In this document: one piece after another, positions 28,180 through 44,169 of the stretch
How the letters are laid out: the number at the start of each line of letters is the position of its first letter
How positions within the stretch are numbered: position 1 is the stretch's first letter
Assembly: GCA_002269645.1 (NCBI GenBank)
Contig: NIVC01000930.1
Span: forward strand, 248,001-312,000
Source of the DNA: Macrostomum lignano
Taxonomy: Eukaryota
Length of the DNA stretch: 64,000 nucleotides
Reading direction: 5' to 3'
Notes under the pieces: model-generated
Told to the model about the DNA's origin: nothing
Databases searched by the model: none
The model's input: the letters and a program-made list of their open reading frames with translations, nothing else
Program-made: the position numbers and the translations under genes

Positions 28180-28560
28180 GAAGGGAGAGACGAAGGGAGA
28201 AAAAAGGAGAGATAAAGGGAGGGATAAAGAGAGAAAGATGAAGGGATGGATGTAGGGAGAGAGGAAGGGAGAGATGAAGTAGATTAAAGGGAGATATGAA
28301 GCGAGAGAAGGGAGATTAAGGGGAGGGATGGAGGGAGGGATGAAGGGAGAGGTGAAAGGAGATTAAAGGAAGATGAAGGGAGATTCAAGGGAGAGATAAA
28401 GGGAGGAATGAAGGGAAGGATGAATAGAGATAAAAGGAGAGATGAAGGAAGAAATGAAGGGAGATTAAAGGCGGAGATTAAGGGAGGGATGAAGGGCGAG
28501 ATAAAGGGGGGATGAAGGGAGATGAAAGGGAGAGGTGTATTTTTAGGAGAGGAGATACAA
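28180..28560 (+). repeat. Degenerate purine-rich repeat (GATGAAGGGAGA-like)
   Basis: Direct reading. Confidence 0.75.
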
Positions 28561-29188
28561 GGAGAGAAGAAAGGGATAAAATGGAGGGATATAAGAGAAG
28601 CATTAGCCAGCAAGAAGAAGTCAAAACGATGGGGCAACAAGAAGCGAAAGCGAGCACAGAGCAGCGGCTCTATGTTTAACACAGTACTGCAAACCCGAGC
28701 AGACACGAGCAAGCACGCGGGAAAAGCCATATACGGAAATGCTAACAATAACCAAAAAAGAACAGAAAAAAAGCATTTTGACGTAAGCGGAATTAACGAG
28801 ATTAGTTTATAGAGATAGGGGAGAGGAGGACACGGGGTCAGGCTGTAACGGTCAGGCCTCTCTGAACTTAATCAATAAAATCAGCACAAAGGAAGAATTA
28901 AGAAAGCGCTCAGATGGCATGCATTGAAATAAAAAGAATGAAACAAAATCCGTTTAATGCTACTGGCACATTTTACTCAGTAGCCAAACGCGAATACAAT
29001 TGTGTATAATTCTCCTCTATCTTTGCACAAGCAAACAAATTTGAGAGATTTAAATAAATTATCATGCAGAATACAAACAATGAATGGATGAATTTACAAG
29101 CGCACACAAAATAAGACTGAATTTTCAAGTTGAAATACCTTGCGACTTTTGATTTTCAACTTCTCTATTTAAATTGAAAGTCTTAAAG

Positions 29189-29412
29189 GCTGCGTACGGC
29201 TGTTCAGTCCAGGGACTGGGGGGTCACCAGGGGTCACCACACACACCCTTAATTACCCCAGCTAATGCTGGCACCCATTTTACAGCTGGGTGAACTGAAG
29301 CAATGCAGAGTTAAGCGTCTTGCTCAAGGACACTAATTGTTCGAGTAGTAGGTGGAGAATCGAACCCCCGACCTTTCAGTCGTGAGCCCAACGCTCTAGC
29401 CACTAGGCTACA
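29189..29412 (-). mobile_element. tRNA-derived CORE-type (MIR-like) SINE
   Basis: Minus strand: A-box TAGCCTAGTGGCTAGAGCG, B-box GGTTCGATTC, then GTGTCCTTGAGCAAGACGCTTAACTCTGCATTGCTTCAGTTCACCCAGCTGTAAAATGGG, resembling the CORE consensus GTGACCTTGGGCAAGTCACTTAACCTCT...CTCAGTTT...CTGTAAAATGGG. Confidence 0.8.
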
Positions 29413-29496
29413 ACCATCCCCCCTAATTGGACAAGAAAGAAGTTGAAAACCAATAATCTCTAGCTACCGATATGTATCGAAAACAGCGTACAATCG

Positions 29497-33384
<3,888 letters not shown>

Positions 33385-33895
33385 CTGCAATTTATTTGCG
33401 TTTAGATCGAGAATTTTTCATTATATATTCTATACTGGCCTACTTATAAACTTACTAAGTAGTGTAAATAGAGTTTTATCTATTATTTAGCTAAATACAG
33501 AAAATCCATAGCTAGGTTAACAGATTCAGCAAAATGTCGGGACCATTTATCGAATTAAAAGCTACTAATTTAATTCAGATAAATAGCAAATTTCAATCCG
33601 CGAATTAGTCCCAGGCAGAACCATATTTTTTATAATCTGGCACGCAATCTACTCCCGAACTTACTCCACAATGCTAACAGGAGTAACGGGTTTTAATTTA
33701 TTTTTGCGTGCATATTCGTGGCTTCAATTCGTTAATATTTTACTTTTTTCTTGGCTTTAGATCTTTACTGACAACAATAACATATTTTTATGTAATCACT
33801 ATTTCATATTGGAAGACAAATTTATTTGAACTCATGGCACGCAGCCACAGCGTGTGTTGCAGCGGTGTGGAATGTTAAAACAAGCGGAAGCTCCC

Positions 33896-33904
33896 CGCCA
33901 TTTT
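33896..33904 (-). promoter_or_regulatory. YY1-like AAAATGGCG motif at the probable PNUTS promoter/5' end
   Basis: Motif in a short GC-rich patch upstream of PNUTS; function inferred. Confidence 0.3.
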
Positions 33905-34461
33905 TGGTAGCGCGCGTTTATTCCTCATAAATCAATAAATATAGATTGATGCAATAATTATTGATAAGAATATATAGTGTCACAGCTAGGTATATAAACT
34001 TTATAGTAGGCACCATTAGAAGTTTTTAAAAAAGTATTAATGAAAATGGAAGGCATCAGGAACTTTGATCCTGTGGTTTTTGCCAAGTTTAAATCGCGGA
34101 TTAAATATGTACAAAGACACTGTACTTACTGATAGGGTTGTAAGTGTAAAACCCATCGTACATTACAAACATTTACCAGTTCAGCATGATAGGAAGCAAC
34201 AAATGTAAACAGTGAGCATGTATTAGGTTGGAATGTGATTATAAAAAAAATATACATTAGAAGCAAGATGCAAACAAACAAACTTAGTTGAACGAAATGA
34301 AACGTGATGTAATTTTGCTTTCAAAATTCCTTTTTTATATCAGATAGAAACGGTTAGGGTCATGAACTACATGCTCAAATGTTGTTGCTGTTGTTTTCAA
34401 ACTGACTTATTCTTTATAGTTCGTTGTAAACAAAACAAACTAGAAAAGTAGTCGCACAGAA

Positions 34462-37400
34462 TCACGACACCAGCTTATCGGTGGTCAGCCAGATTGCAGC
34501 TAAGCCGGATGAAGCAGCGATCAGCAGCCACTTGGACCAGCTGGCAGCACTGAACAGCCCGCTAGCGCCATTACAGCCGTGCTTATTTTTGCAATGACAA
34601 TAGCGCATCTTCACTCGCAGAGTGCCCAGCCGTTCGGTGCACCAGCGGCCCTCCTCTTGGCCAATTTCGCCGTGCACCGCGCAGTCGCGAATGTACCGCC
34701 GATCCCAGGCGCCGTCGAAATAGGCTGGCGAGGGGGGGGGTTGCGGTCGGCGGGGTCACTGATTAATACTAATTTGATTTCTATAAGTATATTGCACAAC
34801 TGATGCTACGCAACTCTTACTTAAAGACGAGTGGCCCCTATAGATATGACATTCAACATTTTCTAGACATGAAATTCCTCAGTTCCAGACACAATCAGAT
34901 CCCCCATTTGTAGACATCATGACATTTCTCATTTCTAGACATCATGACATTATCCATTTCTAGACAAGACATTCCTCATTTCTAGACATCATGACATTAT
35001 CCATTTTTAAACAAGACATTCCTCATTTCTAGACATCATGACATTATCCATTACTAGACAAGACATTCCTCATTTCTAGACATCATAACATTATCCATTT
35101 CTAGACAAGACATTCCTCATTTCTAGACATCATAACATTATCCATTTCTAGACAAGACATTCCTCATTTCTAGACATCATAACATTATCCATTTCTAGAC
35201 AAGACATTCCTCATTTCTAGACATCATGACATTATCCATTTCTAGACAAGACATTCCTCATTTCTAGACATCATAACTGAAGTGACGGTTCGTTGGTTTG
35301 TGAACTGGCTAATTGTGTGGGATTTTTTTGCTTATAAATTTATTCCGTACTCTCTCCACTTATTCAGCCACTGGCATCAGTGAGATTCAATATTAAGAAT
35401 ATTTAAGCTATTGCTCTCATGTAGTGTGGAAAGGCGCTATTAGAGGCTTTGAGCTGGGGGAAAGAGCCGATAAATGAGCATTGGCTTTAAAAATACATTA
35501 AAATGCTTCCGTTTAACTTACTACTGAACTGAAAGTAGCTTGCACGCTAATGTGCTGAGTGGCCCATTTTGTTTTTTTAGTATCTGTGATGTTTCATTAA
35601 GTAACTTTGACTATTCTACAAATATATCGCAGAATTCACACTCGTTATTAAAACACAATCAGTTCCTGACTTTCGAGTCACGTCAATGACATTACCCCAG
35701 TTCTAGACGTCTCATGACATTCCCAATTTATTGATACCATTACATTTCCCAGACATGAAATTTCGCATTTCTAGATAAGACATTGACTATTCTAGACATC
35801 ATGACATTGCCCCTAACTAAGTTGTACAAAGCAGACACTTACTCTCTTGAATAATTTTGCGACACATGGTGTAGTTCTTATCTCCGGGGCACGGCTCAAT
35901 CAGTCTGGTCCGATTGTCAAAGAAGTCGGCACAGCGATGGTCCAGGAATGAGTTGCAGATGTAGCAGTGGAAGACTGTGTTGTTAGTCATGGCTAAATAA
36001 GGATTAAAAGAATTGAATAATTTGTATGACATTGCTGTATTAGTTTAGAATTAGTTATACACAATTTGGCCTACAGTTTATATAATTTATAATCATGAGA
36101 TTAGTTCCATATTTTTGTATATTGCTTCTCTGTAGTCTATAGTCAAAATGGCTTAAAATTAAATATAGTTTGCATTAATAATATAATACAAATAAGCTAC
36201 AAATGTACATAGAGGGCTATGGCCTAAGCTTGAAAAAATTGCACATTCATAAATTTGGGGTTAAATTGGAATCATGGCCTGGGTCTGCTTGTACAACTAA
36301 TTCCTTTGGGAGATAGCTCCCCAAGACACATGACTAATGATAATAAAGTTAAATCCATTATACATGACCATGTGTATACATAAACAATACACATCTATGT
36401 ACTTGCATGTCGATTTAAGGGAGCTGGAAATTTGGACAATGAATGCCTCTTGCCAGTTTGAAAATTGTTGCTTAGAGTTTGCTTAAAGATCACTAGTCTC
36501 AAAAAAACAAAAATTTGTTAAACTCTTTCTTAGAAAAAATAAATTAAATGCCAATAAGCTATACTCTTGATAACATTTAAGTGGAAATGATAAAAATTAA
36601 TACAAAAATATAAATTTAAAAATATGCATATATTTGCTATTATTAAAATTTTACCTTGTTCAAATGTCAAATGTTCCAATTTGGTTTTTTAGCAAAGCAA
36701 ATGATTATATGAAATCTCTGGAATTTAGGACTCAAATTGGTTGGGTGGTAAGGGCTAAAGTTAATATGAATGTTTTCACTTTTAAGGGGAGCTTAATTAG
36801 ATCGCTAGGGTAGGGGACTGAGATGGGATTAGGATATTAGAGATAAAATATATGAGCTAAGATGAATATTTTCATTTTGTGAGAGCCAAAGGGAGCTCTT
36901 AAGTCTCTAGAATTGGGGACTCAAGCAACAAAGACAGAAATTTTTGACACTATATGTTCATTAATCAAGAGGTTCAAGTTAATATATGTTTTCACTTACA
37001 ATACAAAGGGAGCTCTTAAGTCCCCAGGGACAAGGACTCAAACAAAATTTTTGACACCATATGCAAATGATTAGGATGATGAGGGGCTTAAGTTAAGATG
37101 AATGAATCCAATGGAGAAGCCCCCTAGCATCTATCACTATCAAAGAAGGCTAGATTGCAAAGGAAAGAAGGCTTCTTAGAAATCAACTAATGAGTAGGCC
37201 ATTGCCCTTGCAGATCTTGGTAAGAATAAGAGATTTTGTTACTTTGGCTATTTAACAATATGAGAAAAGGAGAAAGGGAGAAAATAGTGAAAAGGGAAAA
37301 AAAGAAAGGAAAAAGGAAAGAAAGAAAGGAAATGGGGTGGAGAAAAGAGGAAAAAGATAAGAGGGGGAAGAAGGGCTAAAAAAGAATATTTGCCCTTGGC

Positions 37401-40400
37401 CTAGCCTATATAGTACCTGCAGCTTGAGCAGTACCTGCAGCTTGAGCAGTACCTGCAGCTTGAGCAGTACTAGCATTTTGTATAGTGGCTCAAAGTGCAT
37501 CCTTGTATAAAATGTGGCATTAATAGAGATCTGACAAAATCTCAATCTCACAATTTGTATTGAAGATTTTTTTCTTTATTGAATCTTGATCAAAGCTCAT
37601 TTTTAAAAAGTGCCAAGAATCTAAGATATAAAATAAAGTAAAATAAAGAGCCCTAGGTTGAATACAAATATTTTGAATACAATATAGATAACCTAGACCA
37701 ATATAAACATATTGAATTTAAAAAAAAATCATATTAGTGCCAAAAAATCAACTTATTTTAGTTTTACCCATACTAAGAGATTTAGCTAAGTGTTTGGAAA
37801 AATGATGCACCCCAAAAGTCTCATGTTTTTATGAATTAAAGATTGTGATTTTTAATAAAAGTGTATAAAGTTTACTTTTGCTTTATGTATATAAAACATT
37901 ATAGAAATGGAATTGGTATTTTAATTTTTAGCTTTGTTTTATTTGAATTAAATATCTTGAAGTCTCAATCAAATCTTGTATCATATCATCAAAGAAGTAT
38001 TAAATCTCAAATCTTAAAAATTCAATATTGTCTAATCTCTAGGCATTAGTCTTCCTGTTTTAGAGTACTGAACACTCCAAACACCATATATAACATGACC
38101 ACATAAATAGCATCCAGCTGCCTCTCTAATGTGTTATACTAAATATAGAAAGTTTATTAGCTATGGCTACAAATATAGATATAGGAAAAATTTGAGTATA
38201 ATTTAATAATGCAAACTTCCTAATGAAAGTGTTCTGTGTCAGCATTTACCATGGCTACTCAAACTTTTCTATTTGTTTTTTCTGTTCTTAGTCATATATT
38301 TGAAGTATATAATAAAACTTTATGCATTATATATTTTTATATTAATTTAAAAACTCAAAACTCTTTTATCACTAAACTAATTTTTATCAATAAGCATTTG
38401 TTTAATGATGACTTATATAGTTAAAATGTGTTATTTTTGGATTACAGTTGTTTTGGTAACAAAACTTTTTGGTGATAGTAATTGTGGTTACAAGCAGAAA
38501 ATTATTTGCTAATCATAATTGATATAAAACCTAAATTTCAGATACTTCTAAAATTGTAAAATATTTTTATTTAATTTTGCTTATTTATTTTTTATAGAGT
38601 TGCAATGTTTCAAATTTGTATTTTTCCAAATCTAAGATATATAGTATATTTCTCTGTCAGTCATGACTTTTGTCTATGTAGACTATGCTTTTTTCAAAGT
38701 TAGCATTTCACAGTGTTCACAATACTCAAAAAAGTATAGGTGAAAACTGATACTCCAATACCCTTTCTGAAAAAAAGTATTGTCAATACCTGAAAGTCTA
38801 ATACCTAAATTTGAGTATTGGTAATACCCTAATTCAGATATCTGGTTTTTGCAAAAAGAATGCTTAATGAACATAGATACATATAATTTAAGCCTTTCAG
38901 ACCTTTTCCTAGATTTTTATGGTGAATAAAGCAAGCTTAGCATTGTTTTAAATCACGAAGCCTTTAGTAAAACAAATAAAATAAAAAGTAACAAATGAAA
39001 ACCAACAGTTGCAATTGCCACTATAGTCAATCATTAACTATTTACTAGCCTCTATAGTCATTTTTCTTTATGCCTATCAGCACTGTCATTGTTTTAGTAT
39101 AGTGCAACAACCTGTCAGTCTGCAATTGGTGCACCTGTAGGCTTAACCTCAGCCTTTTTTTTGGTTTGAGCACACTTACATGTATACCAGACCAAATGCT
39201 TTAAGCTGAGATAGATACTTTAAAGCCTTACCTTAGATTAGGCAACACATCACCCCTCTACTCTTTATACATGTAAACCTAAGTAAATTGCGTTACTTCT
39301 CTTCCCTTTACTCAACTTGGCCTCCCAATATATACTTCCAAAATAGTAGATATATTTATTTATTGCTGTATGCATGTAGACATACACATATGTTTGTATA
39401 TGTACATATCATTTACTAAATTGCTTGTGTTACTAGTGTAACATTAGTGTATTTGCTATTGAAGAAATTGTAGAATCAATTGGCAATCAGTGACTGATAG
39501 TGTTATAGAACTTGCAGTATGATATTTGACTAAATAATATCATTTTAATGATAATTACTAATTATTATAAGCTAATTAATAAAGCATGTATAAGTGCAAG
39601 CTATTTTAAAAAGTTTAAAAAACTTGCTTTAAGATTGGAAATATTAATTATTTTAGCTTTATTGACCTAAAACTGAAGTATTTATCATTATTTTCTATAA
39701 AATTATGCAACTATTTCATTCTTTTTAACAAAATTTTGATTGATTGCATATTCAAAATTTTAAAAGTATTAGACTATTGCATATTGTGAAAAGTTGAAAA
39801 CTGTATTGGAAGTTACCAAAGTCCAATACCATAAAAAGTATTGACTTTCAATACTCTGATACCCAAAAAGTATTGCCAATAGTATTGGAATATTGGAGTA
39901 TTAGAGTATTGGAATATCAGAATTGTGCCCAACACTGGCATTTTATGATGAGGATCCTTGAATATATTTATAGTTGTGTCTAAATATTTTAAGATATTTC
40001 AAAATGATCTATACAAAAAACAATAATCAATATAATTATTTTTTTAAATTTCTTAAATACAATAACCCCCTACAAATATAAGTATTAAAGCTTTTGATGG
40101 ATTTTTAAATATATATTTACAAAATTAATCTTAATGAAACCTACAAACTACTATTTATAATGCTTCCCATCATTAAAATGACTATTATAGACATTGAATC
40201 TTCATTTTTTACAAAAGGTTGTGTGTCTGTCACAAAAGAAACTTATGACCAAAATGACTTGTCACTGAAATGACTGGCACCCATCACTTTTGCATTAAAA
40301 AGGATTACAAAATAATGTTGATCTTGTCATTTATTACTTTATAAGATAGGTCTACAAAGTTTTATAAATTGTATATTACTTGACCAGTTTTCAAAAGGTG

Positions 40401-40884
40401 TCTTTGTACTCATGCAAATGAGATTTATCTAATAAATAAAAAATACTTAAAACTATAAGTAACTTTCAAAATCTATTTGGAGCCCAAGATCTAAGACCAA
40501 ATGAGTATTTATATTATTAGGCTTATTATTAAGTCTAGTAATATGCTCTATGACTACAGGAACTTTTACAACTTTTTAAAGTCCTTAATTTTTTCAACTC
40601 ACTAAAATCGCTAAGTAACATAGAGATTTTGATATATGACAAAATTGCTATTGCTTCTGTACTAGCCTAAAATTTGAATTAAAAAATGCAACTACAAGGC
40701 AACAAATAGTTTGACCTCTTAACTTTTTGATAAAAATATTTCGGTGTCTAGTACCTTGTAAGCAATACTGATTTTTAATAGCTTGGTATGCAGAAAACTT
40801 ACATGGAATTCCCGATCCAATTCTAATTTGTGCTTGTGCAGACGAGGCTGCGAGCATGACTCCTACAAAAACAAGCCAAAACAT
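34462..40884 (-). CDS. Quiver/sleepless-like Ly6/uPAR three-finger GPI-anchored protein, 164 aa; exons 40803-40884, 35843-35992, 34462-34724
   Basis: Signal MFWLVFVGVMLAASSAQA; donors T|GTAAGT and A|GTAAGT, both phase 1; CYICNS...C...C...CRKIIQE...R...C...C...YCHC...CN motif; hydrophobic C-terminal GPI-type tail. Confidence 0.85.
34855..35275 (+). repeat. 47-bp (25+22) minisatellite with TTCTAGACA core; scattered copies to ~35810
   Basis: Direct reading. Confidence 0.9.
38711..39937. mobile_element. Non-autonomous hAT-like DNA element with decayed TIRs
   Basis: Ends CAGTGTT...AACACTG; flanking 8-mers GCATTTCA (38703-38710) and GCATTTTA (39938-39945); subterminal CAATAC/GTATTG repeats at both ends. 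Confidence 0.6.
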
Positions 40885-41699
40885 TCTTTAAGTGGATAAG
40901 TCTAGGCACAGGGCTGTAGAGCTGTAGAGAAAAAAACGTAAATATTAAATGCACACTAATTCTTATGAGCAGTTTTGAGTGATACAGGCGTTAAAGAAGA
41001 AGCTAGCCCTGAACTTTGGTTAGCCGGAACACATTAAACAAGGAAAAGTGTATTTTAATTTTATTCTTAATAAAAGAAATTAATTATTAACTTGCAAAAA
41101 TAGTTAATATAATTAAAAAGCTACAGGCTTCTGTAGAGTTAAAAACATAAAGAAGAGTTTATTTACAGTTTAATAAAAATCATTCGTTTTACCTTTTTGT
41201 CGTCGGAAATAAATGATCCGAATAGATTTTTTCATTGTTTCGTACCTTCAAGCGGGTTAAAAAATGTACAATTGGCGAATAACCTGGCCATGGCGAGCTG
41301 GTTGTTAAAATAAAGTTTTTAGACCTTAATTTACGTTGTCTCTAATAATAAGCTAAGTTTGCTGTTGTTCTTACGGAATTCTAAAGAACATCATATGGAG
41401 ACTTCCATTAATTGGGAAAAGGACTGGATGGCTCTTCCTTGTACCGATCCCAGCTTTTACAAACGTTACAGTAAATAATGATACTTTTGCTATCGTTGAA
41501 GAAGAAATTAAGTAAGTCGATCTATAATTTGAGTTAAAAGAATTCAGTCGATGAATTGAATGGATGCATGCATTCAACTTGAAAGTCCAGCTTTTACTAT
41601 CAATTGAAACGCAGAGAAAAAGTGCCTTGTTCGGTCATATAACCTGCGGTGACTCGTGCATATGGAGATTTATCTGGAACTTGTCGTGCGGGGGTGCGA

Positions 41700-42381
41700 T
41701 TTTCACGAGGGCCCAGTCCACAAGTTCACACCTGATGATGAAATCAAGCACGTCATGCATCGTGTGCGCATCTACCGTGTACTGCCTGAACTGCCTGCAC
41801 TTTTCAGTGGCTGCCGTTCGGCTGTCGTCTCAATTTGCGGCCTGTGAAGTCCAATACAACCGAAATACTAACAAAACAATTAAACTAGTCTACACACATC
41901 AAAATGACGTTTTACATTCAATTTCACCAGGCGATGCAACACTTTTTCGTAACAGCCAATTGTTTCGTAAACGCCAGCCTCAAGTGCGACCGCGAGTGGC
42001 TTTTGAGCTCCCAGCTGCAGTTGGCGACTCCAGCCTACAATAAGTTGATCTGCGCCGACTTCAGGGACTCCTCCGTCGCGGCGCAGCCTGTCGAACGCAG
42101 TACCGACCCTTTCGTGAATCTTGACGCTATGGTCTAGGCGCTGGCCACCGAGGTGACAAATATTGCTGAGAGCCACTCGAATTTTGACTTACAACGAATT
42201 TCACTACATCTGGGGCTCGAGGTGCAACCATCTGACGAGGCATATTGGTTGACGAGACACAGTTTAGCGACCTGCTGAGCAGTTGCTGAGTCGGGTGAAC
42301 AACGGCAGAGAATTTCAACGCGACCGCGACAGAGCTGATGATTGGAGTTGGCAGGAACTTTGTCAGCACCATGATGTACAT
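41700..42381 (-). pseudogene. Decayed coding relic, possibly the C-terminus of a viral-type SF1 helicase
   Basis: KIHERVGTAFD and QLIVGWSRQ resemble helicase motifs V and VI; GC-richer than the left flank; frames broken. Confidence 0.3.
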
Positions 42382-42730
42382 CCCAGTGGTCTAGCGGCGC
42401 TCTGATGTGTCAGCGGCCCAGGCTCGATTCCAAGCTGTGCAGTCAAATTAATTTAATTGTGGGCCAAATTGGAACTTTGGCTTGGCTCTGCTCGTGCAAT
42501 TAACTTCCTTGAGGGCCAACCCCCTAGGTACAGTGAGAAGTGTAAATGCCTAGCGATAAATAAAGTTAGGGCCGCTGTGCACTCCTGTGTGAGTGTGTGC
42601 CTGTGCGTATGACTGCGGAATACTCAGTGGAGTCGGTGGAATGGACAGTAATGCCTCTCGCCGGTTGTGTAACTTAAAGTAAATGGCGACGTCATGGCAC
42701 TATGTTGGCCTCATGATAGAATTGTAAGCC
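42381..42730 (+). mobile_element. tRNA-Glu-like head, probable SINE or tRNA pseudogene (3' boundary uncertain)
   Basis: TCCCAGTGGTCTAG-CGGCGCTCT...GCGGCCCAGGCTCGATTCC aligns by eye to eukaryotic tRNA-Glu(CTC) with a D-arm deletion. Confidence 0.5.
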
Positions 42731-43044
42731 TCATTTCCATCGCCCCTACCCTAAACGCGGACACCATGCAGTGCATCTTCTTGGGTCAAACTCCGTACAA
42801 CAACTCGAAACGGATCGTCTGAACGGCACAATTCCCTACATGCTTTCATTTGCTATGACGATGATTTTGGACGATACAGGTTCTGCAACGATATAGGTCC
42901 CTCACTACAGTTGCAAACTGTCTGGCTCATGAAAAAAGACAGAAAATTAATAATTGGAGAATTGGAAAAACAATTTCGAAAACCAAAGCCTAAATGTTTT
43001 TTGCTTGTTGAGCATAGTTCGATTTTTTAAACAAACGAACTAAC

Positions 43045-43395
43045 CATAATCATAATCATGTAGTCTTATATTCATATTCATATTCATAATCATATAATCA
43101 TAATCATAATCATAATCATAATCATAGTCTTATATTCATAATCATAATCATAATCATAGTCTTATATTCATAATCATAATCATAATCATAGTCTTATATT
43201 CATATTCATAATCATAATCATAATCATAATTATAATCATAATCATAGTTTTATTCATAATCATAATCATAACCATAGTCTTATATTCATATTCATATTCA
43301 TATTCATAATCTTAATCTTAATCAGATAATCACAACCATAATCCCATAATCATATATTTATGCATAATCATAAGCACAATCATAATCATAATTAA
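43045..43395 (+). repeat. (ATAATC)n microsatellite
   Basis: Direct reading. Confidence 0.9.
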
Positions 43396-44169
43396 AGGAT
43401 CGAGGAGCAACGTTTCACGACCAAGCGCTGAGGCAATTCTGTCCATTCCACACTGACTGTACGCGGGCACGCACTCAAACACACGCTCACACAGGGTGTA
43501 CAGCGAATTTGACTTTCGAATTATCAGGCATGTACAATCTCTGTGCCACTACATCTCAGATGGGGGAATCATGGACGGATTTGAACCAGATCAGATCCAT
43601 ATCGCAAGAGTCAGAGAGTCATGAAACGCGAATAAATCCCCCAGATGATAAACCTGCACAGAATTCGCGTGTTTGCAAAAGACAGAGACAATCAAAGCGA
43701 ATTGCAACGTAGGAAAATTTGGAAAAAATCCAGATGTTAACTTGAAAGGCGCACCTTGACCAAACTGGTCTATTTGGGCATTTGAGGATTTTTATTAATC
43801 AAAACCAAGTATAATTCGGCCCTCCCGATTCCGTATGAGAGCAAACATTGATTACCATCTTGTGGCCTCCTGCCCTTAACAGTCGAGTGCCTGCTCAAAG
43901 GGCCTTGGCGTCTCCTGCGCCACGGGCCTGTTTCGATTATAGCAAATCTCTCTGGCTGCAAATAATTTCAGTTATAAATAACATATTGAGTTTTGCGAGT
44001 TGTTGCACTGGTAGTCAGCTTTAAATTGATTTGCTGGGCCTTAATACAAGCACCCGGCATAACCTGACCTTGCGTGAGTTTTGAGCTTCCATTGGGAATG
44101 TGCTAAATCAGGATTTTCGCGAATCGAAAGCAAAAACTCAGGCACCATTCAGGGATCACTCAGAATACT

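Noticed and set aside
40648-40884. 78-aa ORF that looks like a stand-alone secreted Cys peptide (defensin-like C..C..CC)
   Set aside because: A strong GTAAGT donor at 40802 in the right phase makes it the signal-peptide exon of the Ly6 gene; the remainder is AT-rich intron read-through
41740-41800. QYTVDAHT resembling the GlnD/HD-domain YTVDEHT motif
   Set aside because: An isolated short match in a stop-interrupted frame with no supporting context
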